A model generated the notes under the pieces. The model did not search any database. It saw only the letters and a list, made by a program, of their open reading frames with translations, and was not told where the DNA came from. From NCBI GenBank assembly GCA_028023455.1, contig JAQFVV010000006.1, positions 930,001 to 994,000 of the forward strand: a DNA stretch of 64,000 nt, written 5' to 3'. Shown here in pieces: positions 13,678-25,015 of this stretch. Position 1 is the stretch's first letter. The number at the start of each line of letters is the position of its first letter. The position numbers and the translations under genes are program-made. This DNA comes from Epiperipatus broadwayi (Eukaryota; Animalia; Onychophora).

Positions 13678-14004
13678 TACTTAGATATCTGTATATATAA
13701 AGATTTCCCAATAGTTATTTCAGATGGGAAACATTATATATATATAATTATTTAAGTAATAACTAAAAGACGTATGCACATTCACCTATATCATTTTTAA
13801 TCCTTATTAATCTACTGCAGGATGAAGATTTCTCTGAAATTTAATCAAGTTTGACTTCTCTTTATCACATCACATGAACAAATTTTCTTATTTTATCTAA
13901 CCCTGATATGTGATCTACTTCCAGGTATTTTACAATCTCATGGAATTCAGTTTAATTCATTGGTATAGTGTTTCTTGAATCAATCTTTATGCATAATGCA
14001 CATA

Positions 14005-14545
14005 TAATATTTTAATGGATGTTTCAGATGGAAATATTTAATATGTGGTGTTATTCATTATAATTACTTAATTAGAACGCATTTTACATAGAACAGTAGT
14101 TAATGAAAGACATCTGCCCAGGGCAAAAGTTAAAGTAAGACTGGCTGATCTAAAGAGGATCTCTTTTTTGAATACTGTTCTTGATCTAATATAGAGAACA
14201 AATCACTGCAGTTTACATTTATAGATGTAAGAAATCAAAGTATAGCAAACTTTTCAACTTCTTATAATAATCCCTCCACAGGTAGATTATGTATTGTAAT
14301 ATTATATTTTTAATGGATGTTTTAGATAGAAGTATTTAATATGAGTGTTATTCATTATAATTACTTAATTAGAAAGCACTTTACTGGAACAGTAATTAAT
14401 GAAAGACAACTTTCCCAGGGCAAGAGTTAAAGTAAAAGAGTCAGGCTGATTGGACCTACCTTTTAAATGCCATCAAACCAAGAGTTTTACTTTTAACTCT
14501 TGGCCTGGGGCAATTGTTTTTCATTAGTTATTGTTTTAGCTAAAA
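14005..14545. repeat. ~298-bp-period direct duplication whose second copy ends in a hairpin
   Basis: 14005-14150 resembles 14300-14450; 14395-14445 is inverted relative to 14480-14530. Confidence 0.75.
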
Positions 14546-14689
14546 AATAACTCCGCAAATAATATTTCCATATATATATATTATTAAAAAACAGCCAAAT
14601 CCTAATATTACTAACAATCAACAATTTCACACTGTTGTCAAGGCAACCTCTTTTTAACAATGAAGGTGGAATCCCTTATAGATACATAC

Positions 14690-15395
14690 TAACAACTGCA
14701 GTCATTTATAAATAAAAGAAGATTGCTTAAATTGGTTAATGGGACATTGCTGGACTTTGTGAAGTTGGAAGAAAAGCTGAAGATTCAATTGATTTAAAAA
14801 ATGAACAACTTTATTACAAAAGCACAAACATTAGAAACATAGGTGGAATGGAATTTCATTATTAATAAAAAAGTGGATTCACAGAATTGTGGAACTTAAT
14901 GGTATATCAGACAGAATGGCAAAATTAGCTATTTAACTTAATGGAGGATGCCAAATGCAGATTAAATAACACAAAAAATTCTTATTGGGATGAAGAAGAG
15001 GATGATTTTTTATACATAGATGCACAAAATGCATCTTATCATACTATAATATTTTAAAATTATCAGGAGACATTAATACTAGGAATTGATAAGCAACTGA
15101 AGGATGAATATTTTGCAGGTTTCTGGAAGTAAATCTGATTATGATGATAGAAATGAAAGAGTTCCTCAGATTTGTGGATTTAATAGAAAAAAGAAAAACT
15201 GTATATTATGAATCTAAATTTGCAAATTATATAAAATATTGATAGATTTTGAAGTTGGTTCAGGTTTGAACGAAATCAATAAGAAGATAATTGACACACT
15301 ACTCAGAACAACAAGAAAGACAGCTGGTACGAGAAAGCAGCAATTTACCAGTAAATTTTCTCCTGAAACAAAGAAAAGGCATATGGCTTTATGGG
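14690..15395 (+). pseudogene. Degraded RTE LINE, endonuclease (APE) region
   Basis: WDIAGLCEVGRK-like motif near 14740; many stops and frameshifts; colinear with the RT remnant at 16170-16905. Confidence 0.6.
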
Positions 15396-15399
15396 AGTT

Positions 15400-16162
15400 C
15401 ATAAGTTTGAGCATTAGACTTGAGAGCACAAGAATTGATCCTGGGACATCCAATCCCAACTCAGACCCTCTAATGAGGGTTTATAAGAAGTTTGAGCACC
15501 AGACTTGTGAGAACCAAAATCAATCCTGACATCTCCCAATCCCAAGTCAGACACTACTGATAGTTCACAAGTTCACCAGACCTGTGAGCACCAGAATCAA
15601 TCCTGGAACCTCTTAATCCCAAGTCAGACCCCCTACTGAGAATTTCATAAGAACCTTAAGCACCAAACCTGCAAGCACCAGAAACAATCCTGATATCTCC
15701 TGACCTGCATCAGACACTCTACTGAGAGTTCATAAGAAGTTTGAGCACCCGATCTGTGAGAACCAGAATCAATCCTGGGACCTCCTAATTCCAAGTCAGT
15801 CCCCCTACTGAGAATTTCATAAGAACTTTAAGCACCAAACCTGCAAGCACCAGAATCAATCCTGACACCTCCTGACCTGCATCAGACACTCTACTGAGAG
15901 TTCGTAAGAATTTGAAGCATCAGATTTGTGAGCACTAGAATCACTCCTAAACCTCCTAATCCCAAATCTGGTACTATACTGAGAGTTCATAAGAACTTTA
16001 AGCACCAGACCTGTGAGCACCAGAATCAATCCTGACACCTCCCAATACTGAGATACTCTACTAAGAGTTCATAAAAAGTTTGACACCTAACCTGCGAGCA
16101 CCAGAATTGATCCTGGTAATTCCTGATCCCAAGCCGGACCCTCTCCCAACTATGCCACACCA
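15400..16162 (-). repeat. Tandem array of 9 ~85-bp units derived from a tRNA-like SINE head
   Basis: Anchor atcctg-like at 15438, 15523, 15600, 15687, 15772, 15859, 15944, 16029, 16110; the terminal unit reads TGGCATAGTTGG...CTTGGGA...GGATCAATTC on the minus strand. Confidence 0.88.
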
Positions 16163-16169
16163 CGTAGAG

Positions 16170-16905
16170 CTATTTAGATAAGACAATGTATGAAGAAAAA
16201 AAGATTATATAAAAATGATTCATTGATATAAAGTGACTGTCTAGAGTATTGAAAATGGTACCAAACATGGTACCAAAAAGAGTTAATAACAATATAAGAA
16301 AATATAATTTTGAATTTACAAAGAAAGCTGTAAAAGAGAATAAAAGGCTCAAAAGTGTAAAACAACATCTTGATATTGAAAGCAAACATTTCTGCAATTA
16401 AAAGAAAAAATGGAACTTTTACTAAAAAGATAGTTGGCATCACGAAATGTGCAGAAGAATTCAATAAAGAATTATATAGTACTAAAGAACAATAAAACAA
16501 AGTACCATCTACAGTTATTAGATCTTTTGATTTTCTCAGTATTTTAAATGAAGAAGTGGGATATGCAATTAAATTTATGAAAGGAGGAAATATTTCAGGA
16601 AACGACGGAATTGTTATTAATATGAGAGATGAAAAAATCGAAAAATTGTTGGTAATGTTGTATACCAAAATCCTAAATGATAAAGTTATATCAGATGATA
16701 GGAAGAAATGTAATTAGTAATACTGTTACTTAAGAAATACTGTTACTCAAGAAAGGTGGTAAAGAAGATATTAGTTATTACAGACCTATTAGTCTTTTAT
16801 CGTCCTATGAAACATTTTTATCAAAATAATTACAACTTGCCTACAGCAAACTTTGAATTTTAGCCAATCAAAAGAACAAGCTAAATTTAAAAATAACTTT
16901 AACAA
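16170..16905 (+). pseudogene. Degraded RTE LINE, pre-RT/RT region
   Basis: YRPISLLS (16777-16800) and QSKEQA-like motifs; disrupted frame. Confidence 0.7.
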
Positions 16906-16940
16906 ACTGGGTTTTTGAAACTATTTTTTTTATTTTTTAT

Positions 16941-17025
16941 GTGTCAAAGCGTTGGCCAAAAAGCTAACCCCGAGATAACTGCTTGTAAGGCAGCTGTGCC
17001 AATCACTCGGCCACCAACACTTGAC
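16941..17025 (-). mobile_element. tRNA-Gly-derived SINE
   Basis: Minus strand gtgttggtggccgagtgattggcacagctgccttacaagcagtt...ggccaacgc follows the tRNA-Gly(TCC) pattern; A-rich tail. Confidence 0.8.
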
Positions 17026-17647
17026 AACTACTTCTTTTAAGATAGTAATAATAATTCCAAGTAGAGATGCAATGTATTTAAATTTCACACTTGTTTATTT
17101 TTATTTGCACATGCCTGATGGCAGATGAATACTGAGACATTTTTATTGTTTATATTTGTGTGAATATTATGCTGAATTTGTATCAATAAGATGATATAGG
17201 CAATCAATACTAACACTCTCTTCTATCTTTTCTATGAACATTACACAATGCAACTATAATGTAGTGTATTTTATTACATCCAAACTGCCAAAAATAATGG
17301 ACAGTTTCGACTGTCCAGTAGTCTTTTTCAGAATAGTAATATGCATATAACTGCCATTGGGTATTTCAAATAATTTCTATTTAATATTAAATGTTTTTTT
17401 TTGGTACATTACTAAAAAATTTACCCTCATGACTTAGGATTTGAGTATGGATTAGGATAAACTTGAAAATGTACTTAAGTTTTTACTAAGGCCTAGAATT
17501 TATTTTTCATGTAGTTAACTATAGAGAACCCAGATAAACATTTAATATTTATCTGCAAATGGATATTTGACTACTCTTAACTCAAATTCTAATCTTCTGG
17601 CATTTGAACAATCTTGTGGACAATATTTTTTCCTTTACTTATTGTTT

Positions 17648-18290
17648 GAGGGAATTTGAACCCAGACTGTCAAGCTCCCTTCAGTCATTCATTTCAGTCT
17701 ATACAATCAATATCCATAATCACACCCAGGTGGAAAAGATAAGTGATTTTCAATATACATATTTCAAGCTGAACCAAGACTCATCAGTAGGTTCAGATTA
17801 TTATCTCCCACAAGTAGTACTCGGTCTGTAATAAGATAGCAAATCTTGATACTTTAATGAGCAGGCTTTAATCTTCTCTACTATCCAACTGTTTAGCCAT
17901 CCCTCTTCCATGTATTTAAATGGTGTTAAGGTCCTACATATGAGGGATCAGAGGGACTTATGGGTCTAACAACAAATTTGGAAAACAAGAGCTTTGAACA
18001 TGCCATCATCAGATTTTTCAATGATATGGATGGCGAAGAGTTGGGGAGTGGAGAAGATTGAAGCCTGTTGAAGATTTATTTTAATATTAACTGATCACTG
18101 TATATATATATGTGTGTGTGTGTGTGTGAGGGAGATAATGATCTGGAACAACTGATGAATGCTGGTTCAACATGAAATATTTATATTGGAGATATTTTTT
18201 TACATGTATGTGGTCATATGTATCAGTTGTTTAAATTGGAGGGAATGACCTAAGGGAGCTTGAAAGTCTGGGTTCAAATTCTTTCTAATT
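17648..18290. mobile_element. Family-2 HHR-bearing head-to-head inverted pair (large palindrome of unit 0)
   Basis: Left arm 17648-17830 is inverted relative to the right arm ~18080-18290; HHR cores on both strands (minus 17762-17787, plus 18152-18177). Confidence 0.8.
18140..18193 (+). ncRNA. Type I hammerhead ribozyme motif (family 2), best-preserved copy
   Basis: caa-CTGATGA(18152-58)-atgctg gtt caacat (stem II, 1 mismatch)-GAAA(18174-77)-tattta-TA-ttg; predicted AUA cleavage after 18185; outer gatct/agat pairing. Confidence 0.7.
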
Positions 18291-19185
18291 ACATCTACCT
18301 TAAGTATATATATATTATACTTGTATTTAAATATTATATGTATTTAATGTATGTCAGAGAACTTAAGCACCCTCTGGTGAGTTCATTATGAAACAAGATT
18401 TTAGATCTTATGTCATATCTAATTTCTGAATTTTGAATTATAACAAATATAATGCTTATAGGGCTGGTTTAATTCATTTATTATAATTTTAGCTTCGGAT
18501 CATTATTATTTATATAAGTATATATTAGGTAACTACTACTAGCATTTTCATACTTCAAATAATATACATATATATATAAATATTTTATAGTAAACATTTT
18601 TATTTAATTTGATCGGTAGTCAGTGGCAACTCATGCATACGCACTGCGGAACTGCAGCACCCATAATAACATTCATAATGAGTTTTTTCTTTAATTATTT
18701 CTTTATACTTGTGCATTATATAATCCCTAAGCTTAATGTCAGTAGCCATCTCCTAGTTCATGAAAAAATACAAAAATCCTTTTATAGAACTGTATGCTTC
18801 ACAGTTCCACCAATGTGGTATTTGGCTATTGTATTTGCTAGTCCAAGATAAAAATCTGTGCATTAGGTTGAAAGAGCAGTGGCCCTCACACAGTGTGCTT
18901 TCTCTATTTTTGATAACATTTAATATAACTTAATGAGTCCTTTTTTAAATTATTTCTTTATACTTGTACATTATATATCCCTTAAGAAGCAGAATAAAAC
19001 AGGAAGAATGGATTTCACTTTTAAATGAATAGATAAATCTTGAACTGTAATAATTTAAGCTATTAGTAATTAAAAAAGTTAAATATTACAGCTGTATATC
19101 ATTTTGCAATAATTATTTTAACTTTATAATCTTGTAAAATAACACATGCACAAAATCTTTGGACAAATGGCATATTTTTTTTCCT

Positions 19186-19272
19186 GTGTCATAGCATCGG
19201 CCAGGAAGTGAACCCACTAACCTGGGACAACTGCTCGTAACGCAGCTGTGCTGACCACTTGACAACCAATGC
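19186..19272 (-). mobile_element. tRNA-Gly-derived SINE, specific to this unit
   Basis: Homologous to 16941-17025; absent at the equivalent site in sister units. Confidence 0.75.
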
Positions 19273-20194
19273 TTACCTTATAATTATGACTACATTTATT
19301 TTTAATCAAAAGAATGAGCAATCATCAGCTGACTGAACTTTTCGATGTCCTCCAAAATATAAATGAAAGCATTTGGTTTCGTTGTGCCGGCATTTTTGCA
19401 TGATATCACAGCATAGTTTAAAATGGTAAATTAGCAATGGAAGGTAGATTTTCAGTAATGAGTGAATCTCAACCACAAGATTATGTAATGTTGAGATAAA
19501 AATAATTTATTTTCCTTTTTAGAAGATTGCAAATGTGTTTAAATCGGTATTTATTTACAGGTTTGTTTCTGAGGTAGCGTTTTAATTACAGGAAGTCTAA
19601 TACTTGTTTAGTATTTTATCAAGTTTATATATAAATTTTCCTTTTAAATGCTTGTTTTGGTTTACACTATATTAAAACAACTTCTAAAAATTTTCTGCAG
19701 CAGCACCCCCACAAATTTTAGCTACTAGCCACCACCACCAATAGTGCACTAAAAAAAAAAAAAAAGTTGGTTTCTTTATGCACCATTTTGTATGTTTACA
19801 CTTTTATTTCAAGTTACATAAAACAAACAAAATTGAAATTGAAGACAAAAAAAATGTTTTTTGGATTTTTACTGCATTACAGATCAAATTAAATTAAAAC
19901 ATTTTTTTATAAAATATTATATATATTATTTTTTTTATTTAGATCTTTTGCAACAATTCAAATTTAAAAACTGACAAATTATGTCTTATTTTCAGTATTT
20001 GAAATAAAATTCCTATGAGTCAATAAATTTTTAGAAGAGTTTTGGGTTTATGAAGGCAACATGTTTTTTAAAAAAGACAAGATATAGTACAGAAATAATA
20101 AAAATTAAGATTTCATCCTTCATTTCTTTTTATTTCTATGTTAATTAATTATAAATATTTTTTAGTAAATTAACCATGACATTTTAATGAAAGA

Positions 20195-21345
20195 TATGAT
20201 GTGATGTACTATAGCTTCTCCTTAAACGAAGTCAAGAATCTCTCAGCAATTATGCCCAGAGAAACTTGTTAGTCACTTTATTTTCCATTTCCCACTCTAC
20301 ATTTTCCCATATTCTGCTCCATCCCATTTCCACAACATAATCTTTGTCATCTCTCTAGCCTTTATATCCAAATCCCCCTTATCTTTCCCCAAACCCAGCA
20401 TAAAAACCAATAATCCATTTTCTGTATAATCACTTTTTTCATATTTATTCTTCCATAACTTCATTATATGTGCTCTTTCTGTTTTCAAGCATTTACATTC
20501 AATTAACAGATGCCTAATATTTTCTATTCCTTCCTTACATAATTTACAAACTAAATCACCCATATTTTTCCACTTACATGTATATTCTCTTGTTGCTAAA
20601 GATTTTGTTCAAGCCTTAAACAATAAACTACTTTCCTTACTATTATCATTTATTAACTCACACCTAATATTCTGTTTATTTTTATATATATTTAAACTCT
20701 TTTTACTCTCCATATTAGTTCTCCATCTCTCTAACTCCCTATTCTTTATTAATAAATCTATTCTTTTATCCCATTTCTTACCACTATAACACTCAAATCA
20801 TCCCATCTTTTGTACAAATATACTGATATCAATTCTTTACCGAAATCTTTTGAATACTGCATTACCTTTTTCACCCATCTTGTTGCCTGCCCTTTACTCA
20901 TAACTCAGTTAAATACTATTTTGGCTATTCTTTTATTATCCATAAACTGCAATCTACCAAACATTTTTATTTTACTTTTTTGCATCTCTCATATGAAAAC
21001 TTGACCATCCCATTTCTCCTTGAATCACCTCTCTTGCTGTCCATACATCTGCATCCAATGCATGTCTTCCTACTTCCCTTTGAAATTTTTCTCAGTAATC
21101 TAATATCTCTTTACTAACACATAATGCATCATTACCAAAGGTTAACCCTGCCACTGCAACTCCCTTTCATATAATTCTAGCCACATCCTATTTATTATAT
21201 GAAAACACTGTTAATTTCTTTATCAATTCCTTTCTTTTCTTTGCTTCATTTATCAATTTTTTCTCTCATTCATCCAAATAATTTTTCTGATTACTTAAAA
21301 TAATTCCCAAATAACTATATCTATTCACCACACTTAACTTAATAT
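20195..21345 (-). mobile_element. 5'-truncated LINE (~1.15 kb) at the array insertion hotspot
   Basis: (ACATC)n tail, ORF 20297-20563; empty homologous sites at ~28015, 33903 and 49830. Confidence 0.9.
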
Positions 21346-23294
21346 TTTAAGAATATTTTCCAGACAGTACATGCCATCTACTGTGCATTACTGAAAACTT
21401 AACAAACCAATGTCAACATGACTTGTAATTTGGTGTCCTACATTGTAAGTCTGGGTCCATGGCTGAACAGCCCTGAAATATTCCATTGTCAATTATCCAT
21501 AACATATGTTCAAAATTTGAAGAAAATTCATTCGATAGAAGTATGTTGATAATCAGTTACAAGATTTTAGCCAAAGAACAAATGAACAGAATTTCCAAGT
21601 TAAATAAAAGTGTTTGACTAAAAAAAAGCAAATGACTTTCAAGCAATCTTTTGAATAAAATAATCACCACAAGACATAATATTCCTCTCGAATGTCTTCA
21701 TCATTGTTTATTAGTTATTTATTATACATTGTCTTGACTTAATTTTTACATTTCAGGCAGATTCTCTTCAAAAAGATACTTCTTTCATTTAGGAAGCACA
21801 ACAAAAGATTTTCAATCTAATATTGGAGATATTTCAAAATCAAAAATGGAGACCTGTACCAATCAACTGTTTAGCAAATTTAGAAGTTGTTGCATTTCAG
21901 AAGATTCATCATTCTTCTGATATCACGCACCTTCTTAAAATGTCTGGATTTCCATCAATTCATAATAGAATATACTCTAAACATTTTATGACTACCTTTC
22001 TTAACCAAACCAGCTCAAAAAATTATTCTGCTGAAGATAGTTCATCCAGTATTGCATTGACCATTCAGATAGATACTATGCAATATTTACAAACTTTCCA
22101 AAATCAAACTAGCTCTAATATGTTTTTCAAGATTTACCTTCATATTCTGCATTTATAAGATTTCACTTCATATGGTGATGTTAATGATTAGGATATCACT
22201 TTTTACTACTTACATATGGTGGATGATGAGTATTTTCCAGTTGTTAAAAGAAAAACCTAGATTACTATAGATGTGCAATACAGGTTAAAAGTGATTTGCA
22301 GGGTTGGTCTTACCCTCATGAAATATGGTAACTTGTCACAAACCTATAAAGGTTCCGATTTTGATATTGACATTCAGTGTATGATTTTCAGTTATGCTTT
22401 TGATCAGCAATATAAGTAAACTAATGAGTTCAGTTGGTGATAGGGGAGTTATACTGTTAACAAGAATAAAAAATATGGGCAATAGGTTAAAAAAAGATTG
22501 ACAATTCCCACTTTAAATTAATGAATGAAGACATTGGAACAAAAGCAATGTTGCCAAGATTTATTTTTGACGAAGTAATCTTTGTCATTGGTCAATTTAT
22601 AATCTCCCTTCCAAATGCTTTCATCATTGTTTATTATTTATTTATTATATATTGCCCTTCATCTCAGACAATTGAAGAAGCTAATTTAATCAAAATACAT
22701 AACTGGGGATCAGGTGGCTTTTTTTCTGAATGTCTTTTTCATTTATTGAAAGTGTGAGAATGCTAAAAATATTTTTCAAATTGGTATATTATATGTAAAT
22801 TATTACAAGCATCACACACACATTGAAAAAGATAGCTTTAAATTAATAAGACTGTGTATATTTAACTAGTATATTGACCTTTAACGTCTGTATCTGGATT
22901 AAAAATAATACAGTAATATCTAGCTTAATATCTGATTACAAGTATAATGTATATACTGATCTTTAGATGTAATCAGGGGGAAATTTGAAAACAGTCTTTT
23001 AACCTCCCTTCAGCTATCTACTCCATATTCTGTAACCAGTATGCATCTTCACATATATGTGAAAAGAGTACATGATCTTCAATATATGTATTGTGTCCTG
23101 AACCAGCACCCAGCATTGATGAATATATGTGTGGGAGGGAGATGATGATCTGGATCAGTAAAGAAAGCTGGGTCAGCATGAAATACATAAACAGAGGCAA
23201 AACTCTCCATACAGTAGTGCCACACTGTGCTAACCAGAGTAATCAATGGATGCCAGAAGGTTTGTGCATAAAATCCTTATCTAGTGCCTACTCA

Positions 23295-23352
23295 TCCAAT
23301 ATCACCAAACTTGTTTCTGGCTTGTGGCCATCATCAGTGAGGAGTCTTGGAT
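23295..23352 (-). ncRNA. Type I hammerhead ribozyme motif (family 1), inverted copy
   Basis: Minus strand tcctca-CTGATGA-tggc cacaa gcca-GAAA-caag-TT-tggtga; one stem I mismatch. Confidence 0.7.
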
Positions 23353-23897
23353 CTGAGAGCACTGCTCCTAGATCTTAGGATCTAATGCAACCCTCTAGCA
23401 ACCACCTTTTAACTCTACTTTACTACAAAACTATGAGAATGAAATTGGAAAACACAAAAATATTTTCAATCTAAGCTCAATAGCTTATATAGTCATATGG
23501 GTCTGAACTCAATTCAGCACCCATACATTTTGGTGTCTTTGGCTCTTAAACAATCATAGCCACCACTATCCTATTAGGCAGGATTGGTGTTAAACCACTA
23601 AACATCACATGATCACCATCTCATACTAGCACATAATTGTTGTAAACAAAGGCAAAACTCTCCATATAGTAGTGCCATCCTGTGCTAACCAGAGTAATCA
23701 ATGGATGCCAGAAGGTTTGTGCATAAAATCCCTAACTAGTGCCTACTCATCCAATATCCCCAAACTAGTTTCTGACTTAGATTGAAAATATTTTTGTGTT
23801 TTCAATTTCATTCTCATAGTTTTGTAGTAAAGTAGAGTTGAAAGGTGGCTGCTAGAGGGTTGCATTAGATCCTAAGATCTAGGTGCAGTGCTCTCAG

Positions 23898-23956
23898 ATC
23901 CAAGGCTCCTCACTGATGATGGCCACAAGCCAGAAACTAGTTTGGGGATATTGGAT
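23898..23956 (+). ncRNA. Type I hammerhead ribozyme motif (family 1), complete
   Basis: atccaa..TCCTCA-CTGATGA(23913-19)-TGGC cacaa GCCA-GAAA(23933-36)-CTAG-TT-TGGGGA..ttggat; stems I and II fully paired; palindromic minimal stem III; GUU triplet with predicted cleavage after 23942. Confidence 0.85.
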
Positions 23957-24261
23957 GAGTAGGCACTAGATAGGGATTTTATGCACATACCTTCTGACAT
24001 CCATTGATTACTCTGGTTAGCACAGGGTGAAGTATGAAGAGTTTTGCCTTTGTTTACAACAATTATGTGCTAGTATGAGATGGTGATCGTGTGATGTTTA
24101 GTGGTTTAACATGAAATACATATGTATGAAACGATTTGTCTTTTTCACATGTATGTGATGATGTGTCGTTACATAATATGGATTGGCCGAAGGGAGCGTG
24201 AAATCTATGTTATTAATAAAAATAAATAAATAATTGATGGGCTTTATTTCTAAAAGTTCTT

Positions 24262-24348
24262 AAAAATTTGAGCACCTGAGATTCCAGAACTGGAATCAAT
24301 CGAGGACCATAGGCTCAAGAGCTTGGCACCCTACCACTGCACTAATCC
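24262..24348 (-). mobile_element. tRNA-derived SINE head present in each array unit (also ~30078, 38298, 46224, 51922)
   Basis: Minus strand TTAGTGCAGTGGTAGGGTG...GGTCCTCGATTGATTCC...ggtgctcaaatttttaagaact; shares its body with the 15.4-16.1 kb satellite. Confidence 0.65.
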
Positions 24349-24784
24349 CTAAATCGTAACATATATTTATTTACAGGCTATAATGGTCATTAAGTGCATG
24401 TAGGGGATGCATGACTGTTGATTGAATCGTCATAATAATTTATATAATTGATTACCATATATATGCTACTTGCATAGTGTGAAACAAAGTCTGAATTTTT
24501 TTTTTATATTTTCAATAGACATTTTGTAGACTACCTAGGCTTCATAAAGGATGTCAAATAGTTTGTGCCAAAGTATGAAAAAGGCTTTTGTTGGATGCAT
24601 ACATGTGCAAATATAAAATTTTGTCTTTAACTTATATTACTGTATATAACAAAAAAAAAAAATGCGGTAAAAAATAATATTTTCATTTTGATGTTTATTA
24701 AAATATATATATATATTATTATTTAATAATAAATGTTGACAATATTTTAAAAATATTTATTATTACTACTGAGTTTAACTTCCT

Positions 24785-25015
24785 TAATTTCACGTGCCGC
24801 AAGATTATTGATTCTTATTGACAAGCCCTCTGACGACAAAACCAACGATATTGTCACGTGATGATAGTTGTGAAATGGTGAAATTTGTTTAAATAATCAA
24901 ACAAGACAAAAAAGAAATAATGGTTTTTTACATCATTATTGTTGAAGTGGACTGGCAACAGGAAAGAGTTTTAAAATTTTAATAATCTTTGAAAAAATAA
25001 ATAATTTATAAGTAA
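24785..25015 (+). promoter_or_regulatory. Candidate Pol II promoter module repeated in each unit
   Basis: CACGTG at 24791 and 24855, TGACG at 24831, AT-rich/TATA-like box, donor-like gtaagt ~125 bp further; homologues at ~30670, 38810, 46700, 52810 (TATATAAA at 46809 and 52916). Confidence 0.35.

Larger units (their letters stand above)
23190..24109 (+). mobile_element. Family-1 fold-back retroelement (Penelope pLTR-like) with HHRs on both strands
   Basis: 13-bp TSD catgaaatacata at 23177-23189 and 24110-24122; ~285-bp arms 23190-23475 and 23776-24055; ~55-nt unpaired 3' tail; extra inverted terminal copy at 23590-23774. Confidence 0.88.
22975..24210. mobile_element. Family-2 small palindrome, split by the family-1 insertion
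   Basis: Uninterrupted homologues at 29715-30015, 37945-38240, 45835-46085 and 51535-51850; degenerate core ...cagcatGAAAtacata. Confidence 0.75.

Noticed and set aside
15400-16162. CRISPR-like array
   Set aside because: Units are contiguous diverged tandem copies without unique spacers; eukaryotic context with no cas genes.
21823-22158. 111-aa ORF and the minus-strand counterpart ORF (34441-34623)
   Set aside because: The frame is not maintained across units and no domain was recognised; it may be a decayed TE.
22521-22757. Recurrent plus-strand ORF MNEDIGTKAMLPRFIFDE... (also 29266, 45378, 51127)
   Set aside because: Differences between copies are mostly non-synonymous by eye, and the ~37490 and ~51067 copies are broken; recurrence is explained by the array.
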